From the NCBI RefSeq assembly GCF_006345805.1, contig NW_021834221.1, positions 1 through 64,000 on the forward strand: a stretch of 64,000 nt of DNA. The letters run 5' to 3'. Below are positions 51,620-64,000 of this stretch, piece by piece; the stretch's first letter is position 1, and each line of letters starts with the position of its first letter. The DNA is from Octopus sinensis. Taxonomy: Eukaryota. The position numbers and the translations under genes are program-made. The notes under the pieces are model-generated. The model was not told the origin of the DNA. It worked only from the letters and a program-made list of their open reading frames with translations, and searched no databases.

Positions 51620-52170
51620 CAAGTCAAAATATAAGTTGAAAACATGATAAACAAGTATAGAAAATATGAAAGCAAATAATAGACCGTTGTCGAAGTCTCT
51701 AACCAAATGGTAATTATGAAAACATGAAACATTTAATGGACAAGAAAAGACGGAAACTTGTCCATTTCAAACTTAATAAAATAGTCAGCAACTTAAATCT
51801 CATCAGGATTAACGAAACAATATATGCAACAGCCGCAGTAATTACAAAAGAAAAGCATTTTGCTCATGATGTATTCATAGGGAAAATTAAAATTACATGA
51901 AGACAACGTAATAAAAAAAAGGACAGAAAATAAAAATCCGTTGATGAATTCAATAAAAGAAATAGAATTGAATGAAAAAAGGATGGAATACTAGCAACAA
52001 CAAAAGCGTTTATGAAAAACAGCCAGGGACATCAATATCACCAGTATAAACGAAATAAGTAGATTCACAATATATTAAAAAAGTGGTTGAATACTCCTCC
52101 ATATTTAATCAGAAACCCTGATCAAAATACAGATTAAGATTGTGAAAAGAAATATAAAGCTAAAGGATAG
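51620..52170 (+). pseudogene. Possible decayed R4-like ORF N-terminal region
   Basis: LNLIRINETIYATAAVIT resembles a motif found upstream of the RT in R4-like elements. The match is weak. Confidence 0.3.
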
Positions 52171-52221
52171 CTAGAAACAATTAAAAAAGGGGCGAGAGAA
52201 ATGTAATAAATATACCATATA

Positions 52222-52583
52222 GGCGCAGGAGTGGCTGTGTGGTAAGTAGCTTGATAACCAACCACATGGTTCCGGGTTCAGTCCCACTGGGTGGCATCTT
52301 GGGCAAGTGTCTTCTACTATAGCCTCGGGCCGACCAAAGCCTTGTGAGTGGATTTGGTAGACGGAAACTGAAAGAAGCCCGTCGTATATATGTATATATA
52401 TGTGTGTGTGTGTGTGTGTGTATTTGTGTGTCTGTTTTTGTCCTCCTAGCATTGCTTGACAACCGATGCTGGTGTGTTTACGTCCCTGTCACTTAGCGGT
52501 TCGGCAAAAGAGACCGATAGAATAAGTACTGGGCTTACAATGAATAAGTCAAAGAGTAAAAGAGTAAAAGAGTAAAAGAGAGT
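52222..52583 (+). mobile_element. SINE A with a deletion in the tail
   Basis: Matches the consensus but jumps from AATAAGTC to (AAAGAGT)n. Confidence 0.9.
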
Positions 52584-53819
52584 ATATACAGGGAACTACC
52601 AAAATTTATAGAATGACTGAGGCATGTGTAGATTTTTGGCAGATGTCGGCATACGATGCTATAGCACGCGAGAATACCGTAGAACCGTTGACGTTTGAAC
52701 GAGATCTTCTAATTATTATGCAGCGAGTTACTCTAACATATTCTGGTTAACCTCGTTGTTAGAAATACAGTGACCGAAAGATTGAATTTTTGCTTGATAT
52801 ACGTTACAGTCTGAAGCAGGAATTATGAAATAACTAAACGGTAAAACTAAAACTTTTACAAGAGTTTTATTGATGCATTTCTCACAGTGAAAATTCACTA
52901 CTCAGGCAAGTATTAAATAGAAAAAGAATACAAAAAATTGTATGTTGAACTTTTGTGAGCGGATCCTCCAACAAGCATGATGTACGTGACATTGGAAAAA
53001 ATAATTTTTCAAACTGAAGCTTTTTACTGCTAATTCCTCTGAATTTTTCCGGAGCAGCATTAAAACAATCATAGTGTTTATTTACATGGACGTTAAAAAT
53101 TTCATACATTGCTAATGAATTTGCTGGACAACAGGAAATGCTGGACAACAGCATTTCCTGTCACAATTCTCCATTATCTAGAGTGACGCTCGTAACCAAT
53201 TTGGACGTGACATTTTCCAGAATTATATTTTCTGCTGCTTCTAGTGTAGATCTAGAACAAAATTGGTTCAAAAGTGATACGCGGTCGGAAATGTGTGTTT
53301 ACATGAATATAGTAATTTTTCTGAGCCTTATAAAAAATTTTTGAAAGCCACTACTTTATTTAACTTTCGTGAGAAATCCCAGATTGTGTCGCAAAAGTCC
53401 TGGAATCAACGATGTTATCTCTGACAACTCCTGATATAAAATAAATATAAATAAAATAAAATAAATTAAAAACAATAAAATAATTAAATATCAGGATTAC
53501 AAACAAACTAAAGCATTTTAATTCTTCCACCACCACTCACCAAATCGTTTGCAAAAAGTGAAATTATAAAAAAAAATATATAAAATAAAATAAATTTTCG
53601 GAAAAAGATTCTACAAGAGATATCAGTTTAAAAGAGATTAGTACGTTGATTGACATATGGCAATTATTGATACGCTTATATAAGACAGAGGGAAAAAACT
53701 AATGTTGATATCATGAGGTTGATCTCTGTACAGTTTATGAAAAAGTGTAACACAAGACAGAAAAAAAAATGAGCGAATATTCGTAAAGATTAGGAAAAGA
53801 CCACAAAAGAAACAGCAAC

Positions 53820-53935
53820 AACAGCAATATCAACTATTACAACTACTACTGCTACTACTACTACTATTACTACTACTACTACTACTAATAATAATAATAA
53901 TGTTGATGATGATGATGATGATGACAATAATAATA

Positions 53936-53970
<35 letters not shown>

Positions 53971-54064
53971 AATGATGATGACAATAATAATAATAATGAT
54001 AATACTAATAATAATAATAATGATAATAATAATAATGATGATGATGATGATGATAATAATAATA

Positions 54065-54109
<45 letters not shown>

Positions 54110-54122
54110 TGATGATAATAAT

Positions 54123-54163
<41 letters not shown>

Positions 54164-54269
54164 TGATGATGATGATGACAATAATACTAATAATGATAAT
54201 ACTACTAATAATAATAATGATAATAATAATAATGATGATGATGATGATAATATTATAATAATAATAATG

Positions 54270-54305
<36 letters not shown>

Positions 54306-54469
54306 TAATAATAATGATGATGATGATGACAATAATAATATAATGATAATACTACTAATAATATAATGATAATAATAATAATATGATGATGATGATGATG
54401 ATAATGATTATAATAATAATGATAATAATAATAATAATAATGATAATAATAATAATAATAATAATAATG

Positions 54470-54500
<31 letters not shown>

Positions 54501-54516
54501 TAATAATATAATAATG

Positions 54517-54549
<33 letters not shown>

Positions 54550-54566
54550 TAATAATAATAATAATG

Positions 54567-54602
<36 letters not shown>

Positions 54603-54708
54603 GATGATGATGATGACAATGATAATAATAATGATAATACTACTAATAATAATAATGATAATAATAATAATAATGATGATGATGATGATAATGATAATAA
54701 TAATAATG

Positions 54709-54739
<31 letters not shown>

Positions 54740-54789
54740 TGATGATGACAATAATAATAATAATGATAATACTACTAATAATAATAATG

Positions 54790-54826
<37 letters not shown>

Positions 54827-54888
54827 TGATGATGATGACAATAATAATAATAATGATAATACTACTAATAATAATAATGATTATAATA
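53820..54888. repeat. About 1 kb of compound (TAC/TAA/TGA)n
   Basis: Seen directly; recurring GATGACAATAATAATAATGATAATACTACTAAT unit. Confidence 0.95.
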
Positions 54889-55240
54889 TCTCTCCTAGGT
54901 TGTCAAACTGTTATGGCACAAGCAGAACTACAGAAGAAATGAGAACTGATAAAAAATAAAAACAAGTAGCAAAATAAATAACGAAAAGCATGAAAACAAC
55001 AAATGAAAAAAACATAAGATAAAAACGCTGAGCGACAGCATTGAACACAGAATAACAACAACAATATAAAAGAGGAATGTCAACAGTAGTAAGTGACTCT
55101 GTTGTCCTCATCGTCTCAAGAACGGATGTGATGCTTCGAGATTTTGGTCTTGCGAAGATGGACGCAAAATAAAAGAGAGAATGAAAGTAATCTAACTATA
55201 GACATCGAATGCTTAAGTACAAAATAACGAAAAAGCAGCA

Positions 55241-55398
55241 TTGTGTGGTAAGTAGCTTGCTAACCAACCACATGGTTCCGGGTTCAGTCCCACTGCGTGG
55301 CATCTTGGGCAAGTGTCTTCTGCTATAGCCCCGGGCCGACCAATACCTTGTGAGTGGATTTGGTAGACGGAAACTGAAAGAAGCCTGTCGTATATATG

Positions 55399-55429
<31 letters not shown>

Positions 55430-55613
55430 ATGTTTGTGTGTCTGTGTTTGTCCCCCTAGCATTGCTTGAAAACCGATGCTGGTGTGTTTACGTCCGATAG
55501 AATAAGTACTGGGCTTACAAAGAACAAGTCCCGGGGTCGATTTGCTCGACTAAAGGCGGTGCTCCAGCATGGCCGCAGTCAAATGACTGAAACAAGTAAA
55601 AGAGTAAAAGAGT
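55241..55613 (+). mobile_element. SINE A, slightly 5'-truncated, with an internal deletion
   Basis: Matches the SINE A consensus. Confidence 0.85.
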
Positions 55614-55659
55614 ATTAGATATTAACTGAAACTGCTCTAATTTCTATAAGGAGAAAAAA

Positions 55660-56900
55660 GACGGCGAGGTGGCAGAGTCGTTAGCACGTCGGGCATAATG
55701 CTTAGCGTTATTTCGTCCGCTTTTACGTTCCGAGGTCGAATTCCGCCGAGGTCGAATTCCGCCGAGGTCGACTTTACCTTTAATCTTTCCGAGGTCGATA
55801 GAATAAGTATCAGTTGAGTACTTGGGTTGATATAATAGACTTAGGCCTTTCTCTGTAATTTCTGGCCTTGAGCCAAAATTCGAAACCAAAATAATAATGA
55901 TAAAGCAGGCCGTGAGATGGCAGAATCGTTAGCACGCCGGGCGGAATGCTTAGTGGTATTTCGTCTGTCTTTACGATCTGAGTTCAAATTCAGCCGAGGT
56001 CGACTTTGCTTTTAATCATTTCGGGTTCGATAAATTAAGTACCAGTTGCGCACTGGGGTCGATGTAATCGACCTAATCCGTTTGTGTGTCCTTGTTTGTC
56101 CTCTCTGTGTTTAGCCCCTTGTGGGTAATAAAGAAATAGGTATTTCGTCTGTATGTACTGAGTTCAAATTCAGCCAAGGTCGACTTTGCCTTTAATCATT
56201 TCGGGTTCGATAAATTAAGTACCAGTTGCGCACCGGGGTCGATGTAATCGGCGTAATCCGTTTGTCTGTCCTTGTTTGTCCCCTCTGTGTTTAACCCTTT
56301 GTGGGTAGTAAAGAAATAGGTATTTCGTCTGTCTTTATGTTCTGAGTTCAAATTCCGCCGTGGTCAACTTTGCCTTTCGTCCTTTCAGGGTCGATAAATT
56401 AAGTACCAGTTACGCACTGGGGTCGATGTAATCGGCCTAATCCGTTTGTCTGTCCTTGTTTGTCCTCCCTGTGTTTAGTCCCTTGTGGGTAGTAAAGAAA
56501 TAGGTATTTCGTCTGTCTTTATGTTCTGAGTTCAAATTCAGCCACGGTTGACTTTGCCTTTAATCCTTTCAGTTTCGATAAATTAAATACCAGTTGCGTA
56601 CTGAGGTCGATCTAATCCGCTGGCCCCCTCCCCAAAATTTCGGACCTTGTGCTTAGAATAGAAAAGAATAAGGATAAAGAAGACGGAAAGTTGACAGAAT
56701 CGTTAGTACGCTGGGTAGGATGCTTAGCGGCATTGCGTCCGTCAGTACGTTCTGAGTTCAAATTCCGCTGATATTGACTTCACCTTCCATCATTTCAGGG
56801 TCGATAAAATACGCACCAGATGAAAACTGGAGGGGATTTAATCGACTTCGCCCCTTTTCCGAACCTGCTAGCCTATTGTCAAAATTCGAAACCAATACGA
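55660..56900 (+). mobile_element. SINE B array: tetramer at about 55908-56670 plus older flanking copies
   Basis: Units of about 180 bp joined at AAGAAATAGGTATTTCGTC. Confidence 0.85.
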
Positions 56901-56902
56901 TA

Positions 56903-57482
56903 AGGTGGTAGTAGTGGCGGTCGTAATAGCGGTGGGTGTGTTGTCGATGGTGACGGTGTTGTTTTTGGTGGAGGTGGTGGTGGTGGTAACGGTGTTGGTA
57001 GTAGCGGCAGTGGTGCGCACGATAGCAGTGGTAGTGGTGGTGGTGGTGGTGGCGGTGCTGGTGGTAGTGTAGTGTTCTAGACAGTACTGTAATGTAGAAA
57101 ATGTCAACAGTTGATATTTATACACAGGGAGGTGGTGGCGGCGGGGTTTGGTGAGGGGGAAAAAGGAATTGTAAGATAACCGTTAGAAGGCGGAGGAGGA
57201 GGAAAAGAAGAAGAAGAAGAAGAGAAGAAGGTGGTGGTGGTGGTTGTGGTGTGTGGGGTGCCGCTACTGGTGGTGGTGGTGATGATGATGATAACGATGA
57301 TGATGGTGGTGGCAGTGGTGGTGGTGGTAGTAGTGGTGGTGGTGGTGGTAGTGGTGGTAGTGATAGTGGTGGTGGTGGTGATGATGATGATGATGATGAG
57401 GATGACGATGAGGATGATGATGACGATGAGGATGATGATGATGTTGATGATTGGTGGTGATGATGACGCCGACGATGATGTT
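56903..57482. repeat. G-rich (GGT/GAT/GTA)n low-complexity tract
   Basis: Seen directly. Confidence 0.9.
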
Positions 57483-57602
57483 GATTTCTGTAATGTTTTC
57501 ACAGGAGTAATCGATGATGGGGCTCGTTAGAAGGGCTGGTTTTAGAACTTGCAATGAAGTTTACGAAAGAATGATGCGGGGAAAAAAATAATAATAATAA
57601 TT

Positions 57603-58338
<736 letters not shown>

Positions 58339-58340
58339 TA

Positions 58341-58395
<55 letters not shown>

Positions 58396-61300
58396 GGAAT
58401 TGGAGAAATGAGAGGAAAATTATCCATAGCAACCAAAATATGGGAACATATATCTGATACAGGCATCCTGATGCCGGAAATCCTCCAGGGCAAATGAAGG
58501 AACTCCACGGACACTGGTTTATACTGAGCACCAAAGGGTTATTACCCCATCCCACAGTTATTCTCCAAGTGACAGGCGCATGCGTAGTGTAGTTCTATTT
58601 AACTTTCGTAAAGACACTGTTTCATCATCTATTCTTAGCCTCCTCGTTAAGTAGTATTTAAAAAGTTGATGACGGCTTAATTGGCCAAAAGGGAAAACAA
58701 TTTTACAGGTTTAAACACACCGCAAACATAAATACTTTACCCTTAGCTATCAGGTGGTTAACGCTTTATATAACTTTTCTTTCTAATTTTCAACTGGTAA
58801 TTAAAGGATGAAAATTAAGGTTTACCTGGGTGGGATTTGAACCCAGAACGTAAAAAGACAGAAGAAATCCCGCTAAGTATTTTGTCCGATACGCTTACAA
58901 TTCTGTTAGCTCAGCCCCTTAACCCTTTGTATAATATAAATGCTGTCATTCTACTGGACATTAGGTCAGATGAACATAAGCCGCTGTCAGTTTTCATGCT
59001 GCCTCACGCTTATCCTCATGTGCACTGGACCCATATTGATCGATGAAAAGGTGTCACCCGAATCAATTTCGCAGATTTTTGATTTTGCATGAGTCCAGCC
59101 GTTTCTAAAAAAAAAAAAAAAATCCCCCTGCTAAAGTTATCTTCGCTATTCCTATCAATTTTCAGACCCTACCCGAACCAGATCTTCAGCAACATGACTA
59201 GGTCTCTCCTTGCGATACACATCTCAAGTCACCTGCCTCTCGAGGTAACGGGTTGTAAGCTCACCGCCTCGTCCCGATTGATGCATGTTCCCGTCCTGTA
59301 AAACTCCTTCTGTTCTTCCTGTATGGTGACCGCTAATTCAATTTCAAAATGCAGTCACCGAGAGGGCAAGGCCATCGACAAAGCAGAGACAAATCTTCTC
59401 TGATTCAATTCGACTGGGATCTTTATCGATGTCTCCATTCATTGCCAGAAAGAAAAAAAAAACTAAAGTCGGATCATCTGAAGAACTGAACGTGTAATGC
59501 GAAAGGTTTTGTTTTGTTGATAAAAAAAAAGTAGCAACATCAAAGAAAGAATAATTTTAAAAACTTCAGCAGGGTTTCGTTATTTTTAATATCGAGACTC
59601 TTCTGTCTCTGACATCTCAGTGTAGAACAGAACGAACAACTACAGCAGAAGTAGCAACTACACAGGCCCTGGGTGTTGCTCTTTCGTTCGTCTTCGTACG
59701 TCAGGTCGTTTACGGGGACTGAACCGAGCCGAGCTTTTATATAAAGACAAGAAACCAAGGAAAACAAAGCAACGATGTTTTGGATGAAATATCGAAAAGC
59801 ATTTGGCATAGTTTTAAACACTGGAGACACCCTATTATTAAACGGCCCTCAATACTGACAAAATATATCCTCCATGCAACTAAAAATAGCAATATACTTG
59901 AAAGGCAAATTTCTGTGCCATTAATGAAGTTAGGAAATCGTGATGACTTAGTATTGATGTAACATGTGGAAGGTCGTTTTGCTATACCCTATACTAAACA
60001 GCTCCACTATAGGGTCCATTCTCCTGGCGGAGTGGAGGTTTATATGATTCAATGAACATGAGACCTATGTCACCGGAGTGGAAGCTCCTCCTAATTAGGC
60101 CGCCCATGGTGGACCGATAAAGGGCTAGTGACCAGAATAATATGGGTATATTTTCACAGAGATGAAAAATGGGTTTGCATAGGGGTAACACGCCTACCTA
60201 TAAAAAAAAAGCAAAATTATAGAAACATGAACGACAATTTAAAACTAACGTACTGGGGAGAAACAGGACTTCCCTCATGGAAATATGATGTGGTGCAGCA
60301 AAATCCGAAAAAAAGCTGGAAGGAAAATTTGGCATCCAGCTGCAGATAAGCAGAAATAATAAAGGAAGAGTTAAAAACGGTGGGAAAAACTTCATCGACG
60401 GCCTAGCCTACATAAGGAACAAAGTAAGTAAAGAAACAAGGCCATTAAATCATGATATAGATTTTTTTTCCTCATAGCAAAGAAATATGTAAAAGGGGAT
60501 TGTTAACCTACCTCATGGTCCTAGAGGACAAAATGGCAAAAGAGTTGCCCCCGAAAGGATGGTGAGGGAGATGCGTTGGAACAGTGAATCTGATTCAAAG
60601 AACTCGAGCTTCTGGAGAACCATCTCTGTTCCGATAGTAAATGCGAAGATAAGCAGAACTATTTCAGGTCGTGTCGAGTGATTTAGAAAGTATAGGCTTG
60701 TGTATAAATCGAACCCAAAGTAAGTAAGGAAGGAAGTGTGCGCCGCCGTTTTTACGTCCCAGTCACACTGCAAACTATGAACCAGTGCAGTAACAGACCC
60801 TTAACCACATTAAATAATAACCATGGTGTTACAGAACACAAACACAAGCAACCACGTCATGCAATAAAATGATAACACCACACGCACTTAACACATTTTC
60901 TACTCAGCGGATTAAATATTCAAAGAGCACCAAAGTCCAAAATGCAATCCTTCATGTTAATACAAAATTGATGTCAAAAAAAAAAAAAAGCAAATTTCTA
61001 CGTTTTCAAAACATAACGCAACCCACATATCAAAAGCACAGTGATGCAACCGATAACGGTGAACGAGAAAAAATGCTGGCATTAAACTGTTAAAAACCTA
61101 ATAATGGTGAAATTTTTCTTACTGTAGTAGTTGTTATTGGTTATATCTTGTTGTTGTTGCAGTTCCTGTTGTACTTCTTATTCTTGTTTCAGCGATAATT
61201 TTTTTTAATTTCTTTTAATTCATTTATTTCTGTATTATTTTGACATCAAGTGACTCGATAATGATAGGTTTAAACGAAATTACCCCCAAACTTCTTCCCC

Positions 61301-61489
61301 CACCTCCCTAAAATAATAAAATACACGGCAAAAATAAAATAGAAATAAAAAGAGAGATATTTAATTCGAGATTTCAAGAGATAAATGTTCTCTTTTAAAC
61401 TATTGATAGAGAAAGAAATAAAATGTCATTGAAACAATATTTGAAGAAAGTAAAAGCTATGTGTGCGCACATGCATGCATGCAAGCATG

Positions 61490-61975
<486 letters not shown>

Positions 61976-62182
61976 GAGCACACAAACGCACGTATATCGA
62001 AAGCAGAATAAGAGGCTAAAAAATAGTTTACGACTGAGATCTGTCATATAGCTTATCGATGCGTAATTGCTGATGAGGTAGGATATCAAGATATATGCAT
62101 GTGTATGTGTGTATGCATGCGTGTGAGTGGATGCATCTCTGACATTGCGTTAAAGTGTATGTGATAGTAAGGATTGTATATA

Positions 62183-62241
<59 letters not shown>

Positions 62242-62524
62242 TAAGCAATAAGGGTTTAGCACGAGTTGCCTTACCACATACCGAATTTAGAAATAGCAGT
62301 CAAAGGGTTATAGCTATTTCTTCTACTAAATATATATATATATATATATACACATGGAATGATCTTTCGGTCTGTGTATGTACATAGTGCGTTTATATGC
62401 CTTTTTATACGTGTACGTACTTGTTGTGGGGTTGTGGATGTAAATAACTGTGTATATATACGCGTTTGTTTATGTTTCTGTGTTCGCGTGTCTGCATTTG
62501 TATGGATATATATGTGTGTGCTTA

Positions 62525-62618
<94 letters not shown>

Positions 62619-62730
62619 CGTATGTATGTATGTATGTATGTATGTATGTATTATATATATATATATATATATGAATATGCATTCATAAATTAAAATTACC
62701 ATATGTAAAGATGTAATTATGCATAATATA

Positions 62731-62762
<32 letters not shown>

Positions 62763-63600
62763 CAAATCCACAAGCACACATACCACGCACACCACACACG
62801 CACACACACACACACAGTCGCGCACACACACGTACAAACACCTACACACACACACAGAAACACACGAACCACACACATACACCTCCTCTCACATATACAT
62901 CGCACACACACATGCCTCTGCCGTCTAATAATAAATGCTGCTTTCAATCTACTTAAGTTCGACATTCGACTCTATTTATTTTCTTCTAATTTTAAAGGTC
63001 ACAATGGTCCAAGGTGTATTCATCGCAACCAACACTAATAAAAGATTACCAAAAAACACTATTTTCCCGAAATATCATACTAAATAGTCGTCTTCATAGG
63101 TTTTTCAAATCATTGATATATTTTTGTTATACTTTAGATGGTTCTTTTATTAATATGTATTTTCTGTTATTATTGTTGCTTCATTATGAATTCAATAAGT
63201 AAAATATTTCAGTTTTCTTAGAATACAGAAGACAATGGGTTTTCGTTTCTGCCTTGCTCGTCTGATAATGTTTACCCACACACACACACGCATACACACA
63301 CACACACACACACACACATACAAACACACACACGCATACACGCATACACACACACACACACACAACACAAAGACATACACACACAGACGCAGACATTCAA
63401 ACACAAATACACACAAACACACACACAGACACACGCACACGAACACAAACACATACAAATACAAACACACACACACGCATACACACACACACACACAAAG
63501 ACCTACACACACAGACGCACACACACAAACACATACAAACACAAACACACACGCACACACACACACAAACACACACACACACACTCACGCACACACACAC

Positions 63601-63905
63601 GAAGGCGTGTGGCTTAGTAGTTAGGGACATTCGACACATGACCGTAAAGTCATGAGTTCGATTCCCAGTGACGCTTTGTGTCCTGGAGCACGACACTTCA
63701 TTTCCCCTTGCTCGAGTCCATTCAACCCTCAAAATGAATTGTATCGGAAATTCAAAGGTCCACCTTTGTCACAGATTCTGTCACGCTGAACCTCCATGAG
63801 AACTAAGTTAAGAGTACGCTCAGCAACTTGCACGTTATTTTCACAAACAGGCTGTTCCGTCGATAAGATCAACTGGAACGCTTGTTGTCGCAACTGACGG
63901 AAGAC
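63601..63905 (+). mobile_element. SINE C, diverged
   Basis: Homologous to 4845-5167. Confidence 0.75.
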
Positions 63906-64000
63906 CAGTATTTGCATGTAAGTGTATGTGTATTATATACATGTTTGATTTCTTAAATGATAACCCGAAAATAAATGAAATACAGAATGCCACAGTATAG

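Overview
AT-rich, microsatellite-dense eukaryotic DNA with no recognisable host protein-coding exon. It is most likely intergenic or intronic sequence from an octopus; this is inferred from recalled tRNA-derived SINE families and repeat texture, not from a database search. Most ORFs in the track are translations of microsatellites or of SINEs. The window contains four tRNA-headed SINE families (A-D) plus a SINE/LINE 3' module, with modular shared domains, tandem multimers and visible target-site duplications. It also has CR1/L2-like, RTE-like and R4/Dong-like LINE fragments (several of the latter in (TAA)n tracts), Tc1/mariner and pogo remnants and MITEs, non-autonomous Helitrons, and two Penelope-like (PLE) GIY-YIG endonuclease remnants. 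The main find is a set of about a dozen type I hammerhead ribozyme (HHR) motifs from several sequence families, in short non-coding cassettes that mostly abut (TA)n. One is fully canonical (33900-33966, minus). A ~630-bp foldback (7061-7688) carries one hammerhead in each arm. A minimal motif with a palindromic stem III lies at 37613-37657, and a 379-bp tandem dimer has one motif per unit. All structures were paired by eye and none has been tested.
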